NCBI GenBank assembly: GCA_963816145.1
Contig: CAWFJP010000001.1
Location: 128,001 to 192,000 of the forward strand
Origin: an uncultured delta proteobacterium
Lineage (GTDB): Bacteria; Desulfobacterota; Binatia; UBA9968
DNA length: 64,000 nt
Direction of reading: 5' to 3'
Made by a program: the position numbers and the translations under genes. The notes below the pieces were generated by a model. That model was not told where the DNA came from. It saw only the letters and a list, made by a program, of their open reading frames with translations, and made no database searches. The first letter of the stretch is position 1, and every line of letters begins with the position of its first letter. Below, one piece after another: positions 23,260 through 32,565 of this stretch.

Positions 23260-24638
23260 GATTCTTTCAACCCCCTAACCATCTCCGTCAAGGTCTTATT
23301 GGCATCGCCGAACAGCATCATGGTATTGGGCCGGACGAACAGTTCGTTTTCGATCTTGGCAAACCCAGGATTCATGGTGCGCTTGAGGACGATGACCGTG
23401 CGCGCCAACTCGGCGTCGAGCACCGGCATGCCGTAAATTGGACTGCTCGGGTCATGCTTGGCGGCCGGATTGACGACGTCATTGGCGCCCACCACCAGTG
23501 CAACATCGGTGTCGGCGAACTCTTCGTTGATCGCGTCGATATCATAAAGCCGATCATAGGGAACATTGGCTTCGGCGAGCAGCACATTCATATGGCCCGG
23601 CATCCGGCCCGCCACCGGGTGGATTGCGTATTTGACTGTGAGACCGCGCTGTTCCAAAAGTTCCGCCAGCTCGCGCAAAGCGTGCTGGCAGCGCGCCGCC
23701 GCCATGCCATAACCGGGAACGACAATCACCGATCTGGCGCTGGTCAAGGCGATCAAAGCATCGCCGATGGTCGCGCCCGATAGCGGCGCTGTCGCCGAGG
23801 CTCCGGCTTGCCCGCCGGCACCGCTTGCGCCGCCGAAACCGCCGAAAAGAATATTGGTGAACGAGCGGTTCATCGCCTTGCTCATCACCAGCGAAAGGAA
23901 AAAACCCGACGCGCCGTCGAGAGCGCCGCAGACGATCAGAATCGTATTGGACAAGGCGAAGCCGGTCGCCACGGCAGCCAGACCGGCGTAGGAGTTCAAC
24001 AGTGAGATCACCACCGGCATATCGGCGCCGCCGATGGGCACGACCAGGGAAACGCCCAGCAAAAATGCCACGCCGACCATGGTGTAAAAGACCCGTGGAT
24101 CGGCGGCATAAATCGTTAAATAGGCGATGGCAACGAGCGATGCCGCCACCAGCGCGAGGTTCAGGCCGTTCTGGAAACGGTGATTTAACGGCCTGTCGGC
24201 GAGCGCGCCTTGGAGCTTGCCGAAAGCGACCAGACTGCCGGTGAAGGTCACGGCGCCGAGCAGCACCTCGAAGCCAAGCGCAGCGATCTTCGCGGCGCCG
24301 AGGGCCGCGCCATGGCGCCCATACTCGGCGATGCCGACCAACGCCGCAGCCAGGCCGCCGAACGCATGCGACAGTGCGATCCGCTCCGGCATCTTGGCCA
24401 TCGGGATCACCACCGCCATGGTAATGCCGATCACCGAGCCGACGACAACGCCGGCGACGATCCAATCGTAGCGCAGCAGATGCTTGCCGACTAAAGTGCC
24501 AGCCACCGCGGTCGCCATCGCCAAGGCGGCGAGTTGCACACCGCGCCGGCCGCTCTCCGGCGCGCGCAGCTGATGCAAACCTAGAACAAACAGCAGTGCG
24601 GCAATGAGATAAGCTAGTTCTGTGAAAGATGTCGTCAC
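23253..24638 (-). CDS. pntB: NAD(P) transhydrogenase beta subunit
   Basis: GGADMPVVISLLNSYAG, AMNRSF, VPGYGMA, HPVAGRMPGHMNVLLAEA, GANDVVNPAA. Confidence 0.97.
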   Translation of the reverse strand: MTTSFTELAYLIAALLFVLGLHQLRAPESGRRGVQLAALAMATAVAGTLVGKHLLRYDWIVAGVVVGSVIGITMAVVIPMAKMPERIALSHAFGGLAAALVGIAEYGRHGAALGAAKIAALGFEVLLGAVTFTGSLVAFGKLQGALADRPLNHRFQNGLNLALVAASLVAIAYLTIYAADPRVFYTMVGVAFLLGVSLVVPIGGADMPVVISLLNSYAGLAAVATGFALSNTILIVCGALDGASGFFLSLVMSKAMNRSFTNILFGGFGGASGAGGQAGASATAPLSGATIGDALIALTSARSVIVVPGYGMAAARCQHALRELAELLEQRGLTVKYAIHPVAGRMPGHMNVLLAEANVPYDRLYDIDAINEEFADTDVALVVGANDVVNPAAKHDPSSPIYGMPVLDAELARTVIVLKRTMNPGFAKIENELFVRPNTMMLFGDANKTLTEMVRGLKESR

Positions 24639-24928
24639 GAACGCGGCTCACTATGTTTTTTAAACATCTTGAGCATGCGGTCGGTGATCAAGAAGCCGCC
24701 GACGACATTGATGGTCGCGCAGGTAACCGCCACCACCCCCAACAGCGAGCTCGACAGATCGTAATCGGCGCCGGCGAGCACCAGCGAACCGACCAGCGAA
24801 ATACCGGAGATCGCATTGGTCGCCGACATCAGCGGCGTATGCAAGAGCGGCGGCACACCGGAGATCACCAGATAACCGACGAACGCGGCGAAGAAAAAAA
24901 TGTAGAGCCAGAAAATCCACTCGGCCAT
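24635..24928 (-). CDS. pntAB: NAD(P) transhydrogenase alpha subunit part 2 (membrane)
   Basis: VPPLLHTPLMSATNAISG, INVVGGFLITDRMLKMF. Confidence 0.95.
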   Translation of the reverse strand: MAEWIFWLYIFFFAAFVGYLVISGVPPLLHTPLMSATNAISGISLVGSLVLAGADYDLSSSLLGVVAVTCATINVVGGFLITDRMLKMFKKHSEPRS

Positions 24929-24933
24929 GAGCC

Positions 24934-26073
24934 TTATCCTTTGAGTGAAGCCAGCGCTTGGCGCAACTCGACGCCGAGCACTTCGCCGTCATGAGTCACC
25001 ACGCAGCGCCGGGTGATTTCATCGTCAAAGTCCAAGCGCAGCAGACCATCGCGCAGGACATGAGCCAAAAATTTTTCCATGTTGCGCGAATACATCCGGC
25101 TGGCATCCTGGGCGACCTCGGCGGCGAGATTCAGCCGGCCGACGATCGTCACGGCGCGCCAGACGAAATCTTCGCCGGCCTTGGTCAACTCGCAGTTGCC
25201 GCCCTGTGCGGCAGCGAGATCGACCAGCACCGAGCCGGGACGCATGCACTCGAGCATCTCCCGAGTGATCAGTATCGGCGCGCGCTGGTGCGGCACCAAC
25301 GCGGTGGTAATGCAGACATCGGCATTGGCCAAAGGCGAGCGGATGGCGTTGCGCGCCCGTTCCAGCGCTGCTTCGGTCAATTGATCGGCATAACCGTCGG
25401 CGCTCTCGGCGCTTTGTTCGACCCAAGGTTCAATATACTTGGCGCCCAAGCTTTCGACCTGCTCGCGCACCGTGCGGCGGACGTCGAAGGCTTCGACCAG
25501 CGCGCCCAAACGGCGCGCCGTGGCGATCGCTTGCAAACCGGCGACGCCGGCGCCCAAGACCAACACTCGTGCCGGGGCGAAGGTCCCGGCGGGCGTCATC
25601 AGCATGGGGAAAAACTTGGCGAGCAGATTGGCCGCGACGATTACCGCGCGATAACCGGCCGCGCTGCTCTGCGAACTCAAGACATCCATCGACTGCGCGA
25701 CCGTCGTGCGCGGCAGATTTTCCAGCGCCAGGGTGGTCACGCCGCGCGCGGCCAGGCGCAGCGTCGCGTCAACATGAGCACGCGGATAAAGCAGACAAAC
25801 CAAGGCCGCGCCCCGGCGCAGCGCTTCGACTTCGAGCAGGGTCGGTGGGTTTATTTTGACCACCAGATCGGCGTGCTCGAGCAGCTTTTCGGGCGCAGCT
25901 TCGAGCCGCGCTCCCGCCCGCGCATAGTCGTCGTCACTGAACCAAGCGGCTTGGCCCGCGCCGCTCGCGACCGCAACCTCGATTTTGTCGGCAATCAGCC
26001 GACGCACCCCCTCCGGCACCAACCCCACCCGACGCTCGCCAGGGAAAGTTTCCCTGGCCACGCCAACAATCAC
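24934..26073 (-). CDS. pntAA: NAD(P) transhydrogenase alpha subunit part 1 (NAD-binding)
   Basis: ETFPGERRV, AQSMDVLSSQ, GAGVAGLQAIATARRLGA, VDLAAAQGGNCE. Confidence 0.95.
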   Translation of the reverse strand: MIVGVARETFPGERRVGLVPEGVRRLIADKIEVAVASGAGQAAWFSDDDYARAGARLEAAPEKLLEHADLVVKINPPTLLEVEALRRGAALVCLLYPRAHVDATLRLAARGVTTLALENLPRTTVAQSMDVLSSQSSAAGYRAVIVAANLLAKFFPMLMTPAGTFAPARVLVLGAGVAGLQAIATARRLGALVEAFDVRRTVREQVESLGAKYIEPWVEQSAESADGYADQLTEAALERARNAIRSPLANADVCITTALVPHQRAPILITREMLECMRPGSVLVDLAAAQGGNCELTKAGEDFVWRAVTIVGRLNLAAEVAQDASRMYSRNMEKFLAHVLRDGLLRLDFDDEITRRCVVTHDGEVLGVELRQALASLKG

Positions 26074-26438
26074 GCCGCCTCCCGATGGACCGATCCGTGC
26101 CGCCCGCGTTTTTGCGTCGGCGCGGGGACCGCCGCCGATTCACGCAAACCGCGACGCACATAGTCTGGCTCGAGCGCGAGCAGCTCGCAGACGTTTTCGA
26201 ACGAGAACAACCAGTGCTCGCCTTCGTTCATGAACCAGTCGTTGACCTCGCGAAAGTGCTCTTTACCGGCGCGGTCGCGCGCGCTGCGGTACTTTTGATA
26301 AAGATGAATCGCATCTTCGAGCAGCGCCAGGAGCAACGCCTTCTCCGGCTCCAAGTATTCGCTGCGGCGGAAGGTATCGAAGAATCGGCGTGGAGCATCG
26401 TTATCGTTACCGACAATGGCAAAGACCGGTTCGTCCAT
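26070..26438 (-). CDS. Conserved hypothetical protein (PEKALLLALLEDA...FSFENVCELL), translationally coupled to pntAA
   Basis: GAAGGAG RBS before ATG 26438; stop overlaps the pntAA GTG. Confidence 0.75.
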   Translation of the reverse strand: MDEPVFAIVGNDNDAPRRFFDTFRRSEYLEPEKALLLALLEDAIHLYQKYRSARDRAGKEHFREVNDWFMNEGEHWLFSFENVCELLALEPDYVRRGLRESAAVPAPTQKRGRHGSVHREAA

Positions 26439-26494
26439 GGCTATTACTCCTTCTCGGTTTAGCAGCGCGTCGCAGGCTGCTGTAAGACGTATTC

Positions 26495-26509
26495 GCAACG
26501 CTTATGCCA
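26495..26509 (-). promoter_or_regulatory. Sigma-54 -24/-12 promoter motif for the hyp-pntAA-pntAB-pntB operon
   Basis: Minus strand TGGCATAAGCGTTGC, about 57 nt before ATG 26438. Confidence 0.8.
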
Positions 26510-26743
26510 CGAGAATTTCGGCGCTTTTCCGCCCCCTCTTCGCAACCTTGCGATGAACATGATGGCTTCTTCTCAGCGTTAGGAATTGCCCCGCTCGGAA
26601 AGGCTTCCACCACAAATACTACCCGTTGGCATCACGCGCCAAGCTACTTGGACGACTCACGACGAATTGTGTCATGAGCATGCGCTCGTCTACAGAGTAT
26701 GAGATCGCCGCCCCCCAGCACCGCTATGGTTCTTCCACTGATT

Positions 26744-26946
26744 CGTCATGCCGGCGCAGGCCGGCATCCAGGAGGCTGTGTCGTAATGCGCAAATGCCCC
26801 ACATTTGTCATCCCGAGCGCAGCGAGGGATCTCGTGTTTTCAGCCACATACGAAGAAGAGATTTCTCGGCTTCACCTCGAAATGACAGTTGCGACACAGT
26901 CTCAAGGGGAGGGAGGGGATGGATACCGGCTTTCGCCGGTATGACG
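26744..26946. repeat. CGTC-type REP doublet whose spacer is occupied by MITE-A
   Basis: CGTCATGCCGGCGCAGGCCGGCATCCAG ... TGGATACCGGCTTTCGCCGGTATGACG. Confidence 0.8.
26772..26903. mobile_element. MITE-A copy 2 (132 bp), inverted relative to copy 1
   Basis: Ends GAGGCTGTGTCGTAA / TTGCGACACAGTCTC; same length and almost the same sequence as 6905-7036. Confidence 0.85.
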
Positions 26947-26992
26947 GAAGCCTCATGCCAGTTCGTCGCCGAGATCGTACCTTTACTTTTGT

Positions 26993-27205
26993 GGGTCATC
27001 GCGTAATCGAGTGGGCGCTGACTTAATGGCAAATTACTCTCCCATGGCCGGTTCCTCCCTTTCGCAAAGGGAGGTTAGGAGGGATTTTTCATGGCTTGAA
27101 AGATCGTCTTCTGCACAAAATCCCCCAACCCCCTTTTCTAAAGGGGGGGACCTACAAGAACAGCATTTCTCAACAAATTTCACCCACTCGATTACGCGAA
27201 GAGCC
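26993..27205. mobile_element. MITE-B copy 1 (ISL3-like ends, about 213 bp)
   Basis: 25-bp TIRs GGGTCATCGCGTAATCGAGTGGGCG / GGCTCTTCGCGTAATCGAGTGGGTG (22/25); flanks ACTTTTGT and ACTTTTAT give a 7/8 match to an 8-bp TSD; second copy at 37168. Confidence 0.85.
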
Positions 27206-27281
27206 ACTTTTATTTTCTCCGGAAACTCCATCGAAAATACTTGTGCGGAGATGATCCGCGCAACGAAGAGCCAGCCGCTTC

Positions 27282-27359
27282 CGTCATACCCGCGAAAGCG
27301 GGTATCCAAGCTAGTTTTGCCGAAAACAAACCTCGATTCCCGCCTGCGCGGCAATAACA
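27282..27359. repeat. CGTC-type REP doublet with a degenerate right arm
   Basis: CGTCATACCCGCGAAAGCGGGTATCCA ... GATTCCCGCCTGCGCGGCAATAAC. Confidence 0.75.
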
Positions 27360-27479
27360 AGTCGAGGAGAGGAGCCTGTAAAGGAAATTTACTCCAATTA
27401 TCTATTCTCTGGACGACTGTCAGCTCATGGCCACTTCGTGGTGAATCGATTTTTTGCGTTTCAACCAGGCCCCATACCA

Positions 27480-27494
27480 TGGCATGGCCATTGC
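27480..27494 (+). promoter_or_regulatory. Sigma-54 -24/-12 promoter motif for hsp20-lon
   Basis: TGGCATGGCCATTGC, about 88 nt before ATG 27582. Confidence 0.8.
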
Positions 27495-27581
27495 GTTTGA
27501 ATTTAAGTGAAGTTTTCACTGGTTCAATTGATCGGACAATGAAAAGAATTGTCCGTGCCCAAACCGCGGGAGATCCTAGCG

Positions 27582-28034
27582 ATGGCGCAGAAACAAACTG
27601 ACTTGATATCGTTTCCAATCCACCTAACGCGCGAAGTCGAACGGCTTTTCGATGAAATGATCCACCGGCCTTGGGGCTTCTGCCGCGATGTCCGCGGCTG
27701 GAATCCGTCCGTCGATCTGTACGAAACCGAAGATGCCTTTTTCCTCGAAGCCGACTTGCCGGGGGTCAAAGCCGAAGACGTCAGAGTCGAAGCGGAAAAC
27801 GGCGACCTGGTGTTGCAAGGATGGCGCTCCATCGAGACCAGCCGCAGCGAGGGCCAGTTTCACACCATGGAGCGCTCTTCAGGCAATTTCCTGCGCCGCA
27901 TCCAACTGCCGTCATCCATCGACAAAAATGCCATCGAGGCCGAGTTTCACGATGGCGTCTTGCACGTGCGGCTGCCCAAACTGAAGGGCACCAAGAGAGG
28001 AGAGGGCGATGATCGAGACAACCGGAGTCGTTGA
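27582..28034 (+). CDS. Hsp20/alpha-crystallin small heat-shock protein
   Basis: WNPSVDLYETED, ADLPGV, ERSSGNFLRRIQLP, AEFHDGVLHVRLPK. Confidence 0.93.
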   Translation: MAQKQTDLISFPIHLTREVERLFDEMIHRPWGFCRDVRGWNPSVDLYETEDAFFLEADLPGVKAEDVRVEAENGDLVLQGWRSIETSRSEGQFHTMERSSGNFLRRIQLPSSIDKNAIEAEFHDGVLHVRLPKLKGTKRGEGDDRDNRSR

Positions 28035-30465
28035 CAGCGAGACCAGCAATGAAGCGGCAGGCGCGCCGCGCGAACTGACCGCCGAGGAGCTGCGTTTTGT
28101 GCCCAAGATCGAGCAACACTTCGCGTCGACCCGCGAACTCGCCGGCGTCAAAGATTTTGTCGGCCAGGAACGCGCCTTGGCGTCGCTCGAACTCGGTCTC
28201 GGCGTCGCCGGCAGCGGCTATAACATTTTCGTCTCCGGTTTGACCGGCGCGGACAAGTTGGAAACGCTGCACCGTTGGGTCGCCGAACGGGCGAGCGCCA
28301 CGGCGACACCGGGCGATTGGGTTTATGTCCATGATTTCAACCATCCCGATGCGCCGCGGGCGATCTATTTGCGCGCCGGCGCCGGCAACGAGCTCAGGGA
28401 AATGATGCATGATCTGGTCAAGACCCTGCGTGAAGAACTGCCCAAGGCGTTTCGCCAGGAAGCCTTCGATAAGGAAAAATCGTCGCTGATGGAGAAGTTC
28501 AACAACCGCGCCCAGGAGCTCAACGTTCAGTTCGCCACCCTGGCGCGCGAGCGCGGCTTCCAGGTGCAGTCGAGTCCCCGCGGCCATATTTATTTTCTTC
28601 CCTTGGTCGACGGCAAGCCGCTGCAAAAGCCCCCGGACTTCGCGGCGCTTTCGGAGGACCAACGGCATGATGTCGAACGGCGCCAGCAGGAACTCAATGT
28701 CGAGCTCGAACGGTTGGCGCGCCGCCAGCAGGAAATCATGCGCGAGATGGAACAGGATATCCGCGGTGTCGAGCGGCGCTTCTGTGAGAATCTGTTACTG
28801 CCGATCTTGGGCCGCATCGCCGAGAAGCTCGACAATCCCGAGGTCAACATTTATCTCGACGAGACCCGCGAACATATCCTCAGTAATCTCGACGATTTCA
28901 AAGAAGCCGGCGCGAGCCCGATGGCATTGCCCTTCATGCCGCAGCCGCGCGAGCGCGATCCCTATCTGGAATATGAAGTCAACGTCGTCGTCGACAACGC
29001 CAAGACCCAGGGCGCGCCGATCCTGGTCGAAAGCGCGCCGACTTATTTGAATCTGTTCGGCACCATCGAGCGGGTGGTCGATCGCTTCGGCCGGGTGGTG
29101 ACCAATTTTACCCGGATCAAATCCGGCTCCTTCCTGCGCGCCCATGGCGGTTACCTGATCTTCAGTTTAGAAGACGCCATCACCGAGCCGGCGGTGTGGA
29201 AGGTTTTGAAGCGCACGCTGCGCAGCGGCCGCATCGAGATGGAAACCTACGAACCCTTCGCCATGTTCTCGGCTTCAGGGTTGAGACCCGAACCGGTCAA
29301 GGTCAACACCAAAGTGATCGTCGTCGGCAGCGCCTATCTCTATCATCTGCTCTACAGCTGGGACGACGACTTCCACGAGATGTTCAAGATCCGCGCCGAT
29401 TTCAATCCGGTGATGCCGCGCGACAACGACCACCAGTCGGCCTACGCCCACTGGGTCGGCAATTTGTGCAACGACGAGGGCATGCCCCACTTCGACGAGA
29501 GCGGCGTGGGAAAATTGATCGAGTATGGCGCCCGCGAGGCCGGCGACCGCGATAAAGTCTTGGCCTCCCACGCGACCATCGCCGACCTGGTCCGTGAAGC
29601 GGCATTCTGGGCGCGCAAGGAAGACCGCCAGCTGGTGTCGGCGCGCCATGTCGAGAAGGCGCTCGAAAGCCGGGTCTTTCGTTCCAACCGCATCGAAGAA
29701 AACATTCGCGAGCTGATCGCCAACGGCACCATCTTGGTCGATATCGACGGCAAGAAGGTCGGCCAGGTCAACGGTCTGTCGGTGATGGAGATCGGTGGCT
29801 ACGCCTTCGGCCGGCCGAGCCGGGTGACCGCCAGCGTCGGCATGGGTCAGGCGGGCATCGTCAACATCGAGCGCGAGTCGAAGCTGAGCGGCAACATTCA
29901 CGACAAGGGCATGTTGATCTTGGCCGGCTATCTGCGCAACCGCTTCGGCCAGAACCAACCGCTGGCGCTCTCCGCCAGCCTCTGCTTCGAGCAGTCCTAC
30001 GGCGGCGTCGAAGGGGACAGTGCGTCGTCGACTGAGCTTTATGCCCTGCTGTCACGACTGGCGAATCTGCCGCTGCGCCAGGACATCGCCGTCACCGGAT
30101 CGGTCAATCAATGGGGCGAGGTGCAAGCGATCGGCGGCGTCAACGAAAAGATCGAAGGCTTTTACGATGTCTGCCGCGTCGTCGGCTTGACCGGCAAGCA
30201 GGGCGTGCTGATCCCGGCGTCCAACGTGCGCAATCTGATCCTGCGCAGCGACGTCGTCAAGGCTGTAGCCGAGGGCAAGTTTCACATCTATCCGGTAAAA
30301 GTCATCGACGAAGGGATCGCCATCTTGACCGGCCGGTTCGCGCCCGGCAAGCCGGGCGACGAGACCATCAACGACGCCGTCGCCAAGCGGCTCAAGGAAC
30401 TCGCAGTGGGGCTGAAAGAATTCGCCGCGCCGGAGAAAAGCGCTGCGACAGACGGCCCGCAATGA
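28009..30465 (+). CDS. Lon-like protease (LonC-type AAA-like module plus S16 protease domain)
   Basis: GQERA, PGDWVYVHDF, VGQVNGLSV, catalytic EGDSASSTEL and IGGVNEKIEGF; Walker A degenerate (GLTGADKL). Confidence 0.9.
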   Translation: MIETTGVVDSETSNEAAGAPRELTAEELRFVPKIEQHFASTRELAGVKDFVGQERALASLELGLGVAGSGYNIFVSGLTGADKLETLHRWVAERASATATPGDWVYVHDFNHPDAPRAIYLRAGAGNELREMMHDLVKTLREELPKAFRQEAFDKEKSSLMEKFNNRAQELNVQFATLARERGFQVQSSPRGHIYFLPLVDGKPLQKPPDFAALSEDQRHDVERRQQELNVELERLARRQQEIMREMEQDIRGVERRFCENLLLPILGRIAEKLDNPEVNIYLDETREHILSNLDDFKEAGASPMALPFMPQPRERDPYLEYEVNVVVDNAKTQGAPILVESAPTYLNLFGTIERVVDRFGRVVTNFTRIKSGSFLRAHGGYLIFSLEDAITEPAVWKVLKRTLRSGRIEMETYEPFAMFSASGLRPEPVKVNTKVIVVGSAYLYHLLYSWDDDFHEMFKIRADFNPVMPRDNDHQSAYAHWVGNLCNDEGMPHFDESGVGKLIEYGAREAGDRDKVLASHATIADLVREAAFWARKEDRQLVSARHVEKALESRVFRSNRIEENIRELIANGTILVDIDGKKVGQVNGLSVMEIGGYAFGRPSRVTASVGMGQAGIVNIERESKLSGNIHDKGMLILAGYLRNRFGQNQPLALSASLCFEQSYGGVEGDSASSTELYALLSRLANLPLRQDIAVTGSVNQWGEVQAIGGVNEKIEGFYDVCRVVGLTGKQGVLIPASNVRNLILRSDVVKAVAEGKFHIYPVKVIDEGIAILTGRFAPGKPGDETINDAVAKRLKELAVGLKEFAAPEKSAATDGPQ

Positions 30466-30593
30466 GGTGGCGCCGCGGGCAGCCAATTCGCAAATTCGCA
30501 AGCGGGCGCCTGCAAATCTTGCACGAATGCGAAACGATTCCGGTGCGGCGCATTTAAACCCTTGATCACGCGGCGGAAACCGCCGCGCAGCCA

Positions 30594-30608
30594 AGGCACG
30601 GCGCTTGC
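30594..30608 (+). promoter_or_regulatory. Sigma-54 -24/-12 promoter motif for the dksA/traR-like gene
   Basis: AGGCACGGCGCTTGC, 32 nt before ATG 30641. Confidence 0.72.
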
Positions 30609-30640
30609 TCATTCAAACACACACCAAGGAGGTAACTGCC

Positions 30641-30997
30641 ATGGAAGCGACCACAATCGACATGAGTTTCAACCGTCTCAGCAAACGACGCGAGCAGTTG
30701 CTGACAACCTTGCGCCATCTCGACGCCGAGCAAAATGAAGTCGAACGCAACACCGACTGGGTCGATGAGGCCGCCTATGATAGCCGAGTCGCCTTGCTCG
30801 ACGGACTGCGCTACGACTACCAGGCCGAGATGGCCAGGATCGATCGCGCCCTCGAGCGCATCGAAAGCCACCAGTACGGCATCTGCGCCGCTTGCAACGA
30901 TCCGATCGACCCCAAGCGGCTGGAGTCAGTGCCGGAAGCCGAGCACTGCTTCGCCTGTGAAAGTTTCCGCGAAGGGGTAGAGCAGTTCGCGGCATAG
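30641..30997 (+). CDS. TraR/DksA family C4 zinc-finger protein
   Basis: AAGGAGG RBS; DWVDEA coiled-coil tip; YGICAAC..IDPKRL..P.AEHCFAC. Confidence 0.9.
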   Translation: MEATTIDMSFNRLSKRREQLLTTLRHLDAEQNEVERNTDWVDEAAYDSRVALLDGLRYDYQAEMARIDRALERIESHQYGICAACNDPIDPKRLESVPEAEHCFACESFREGVEQFAA

Positions 30998-31500
30998 AGT
31001 AGCGCTCCGCGGAACGCGACAAGGAGTCTGGACAATCAACCGGCGAGCCGACGATCACCGAGAGATGATGACAAGATCGTACGGGTGGTCTAGGCCTACC
31101 GGTTCATAGCGGTGCGATCCAGATACCGCAGGCGGCCATGCGCCCGGGGCGGGTCAATTCATGCGGCGAGAATAGCGCCATCCGCAACAGCAAAACAGAA
31201 AAATCGCGACCTCAGGGATCGAACCCTCGTGACGAGCGATCCGTCCGGCGCCTACAGCCGCGCCGCTATGCACTCATAGGTTCGAAACTCTTGTCGGCAT
31301 TCCTGCGCCGCCCATGGCAGAATCCGGCCGGTTATTGTGTGTGAAACTTCAACGGCAACTCTGATATCTCCATGGTCGGTCAGAACAGATCTAGATTCGC
31401 CAGATAAACCGCCATCGCACTCGGCAACCGGGTGGCAGTGAAAATCGCAGGTCGGGTATTTCCTGTTCTTGCCGCATAGCGAAATCGTCCAGGAGATCAC

Positions 31501-32484
31501 ATGGTCGGCCAACTTCTCGCCGCCGCTGCTTTCATCGTTCTGCTGCTGCACACGCCATCGGCCGCCCAAGAGCGGCCCAAGCTCTTTTTTGGCGCGACCA
31601 CCAAGACCCTGGGGTACAGTCCGCTTTGGGTCGGTACCAAGCGCGGCTTTTTCGAGCAACAAGGACTCGATGTTCAATTGGTGCTGCTGCGCGGCGTGCC
31701 CATGACCTTGCAAGCGTTGGCGGCGGGATCGTTGCAAGTCGGCACCGGCGGACCGGAACCCTATATCGAGGCGAGCGAGCGCGGGCTCGACTTCGCCATC
31801 GCCGGCGGTCTCAGCAATGGCATGGCCCAAGTGCTCATCGCCGGCAAGAATTATAAAACCGTGGAAGATCTGCGCGGCGCGGCCATCGGCGCGTCCTCTT
31901 TAACCAGCAGCACGGTCACGGCATTGAAAGAGGCATTGAAACAAAAAGGTCTCGATTACCCGCGCGATTACAAACTGCTGATCATCGCCGGTGGATCGGC
32001 GAGCAACCTCACGGCATTGCAATCGGGCCAGATCGCGGCAACGACGGTGGCGGTCCCCCTCAATTACGCCGCCGAGGAAGTGGGCATGAATACGCTTGGC
32101 CGGCTGCTCGACGCGGTGCCGAACTTTCAGGCCTCGACCATCGTCATCAAACGCTCCTGGGCGGCAAAAAACCGCGCCACCATGATCCGCTTCATGAAAG
32201 CGATGGTGCAGTCGCACCGCTGGCTCCACGACAACCGCGACGCCGCCGTCGAATTGATCGCCAAGGAAATGCAGCTCAAACCCGCTCACGCGCTCAAGGG
32301 TTGGGAATACTACACGCAGAATCGTCTTTGGCCGGTCGATGGCGGACCGAACATCGAGGGGATGAAACATAATCTGCGGGTCTACGCAGACCAATTGGGG
32401 ACCAAGCGACCGGTGCCCGATGTAGACAAATCTTTGGAGCTGAGTTATCTGAGCGAAGCGCTGACGGAGTTGGCTAAGCGTTAG
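31501..32484 (+). CDS. ABC transporter substrate-binding protein (NMT1/SsuA/THI5-like), orphan
   Basis: Signal peptide; GFFEQQGLDV, ALAAGSLQ, VEDLRG, ALQSGQIAA. Confidence 0.85.
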   Translation: MVGQLLAAAAFIVLLLHTPSAAQERPKLFFGATTKTLGYSPLWVGTKRGFFEQQGLDVQLVLLRGVPMTLQALAAGSLQVGTGGPEPYIEASERGLDFAIAGGLSNGMAQVLIAGKNYKTVEDLRGAAIGASSLTSSTVTALKEALKQKGLDYPRDYKLLIIAGGSASNLTALQSGQIAATTVAVPLNYAAEEVGMNTLGRLLDAVPNFQASTIVIKRSWAAKNRATMIRFMKAMVQSHRWLHDNRDAAVELIAKEMQLKPAHALKGWEYYTQNRLWPVDGGPNIEGMKHNLRVYADQLGTKRPVPDVDKSLELSYLSEALTELAKR

Positions 32485-32565
32485 CCGAGTAAAGAAAGAG
32501 TTGCGCCGGTTGCGTCCGGACTGCTGTTTCCACAGAGACTTAAGCCTGAGGTTACGCCGGGCTAG

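Noticed and set aside
23554-26163. Long alternative-frame or antisense ORFs over pntAB (365 aa and 401 aa), and 11421-12590 over the glucan synthase
   Set aside because: Expected in GC-rich coding DNA; Arg/Ala-rich or shadow composition without family motifs.
26626-27618. ORFs 26626-27006, 26699-26944, 27011-27601, 27034-27618 (and similarly 6732-7074, 36031-36510, 37084-38067)
   Set aside because: They are translations through REP/MITE palindromes (VIPSAARDL, PPLEKGG-type artefacts) or antisense to real genes.
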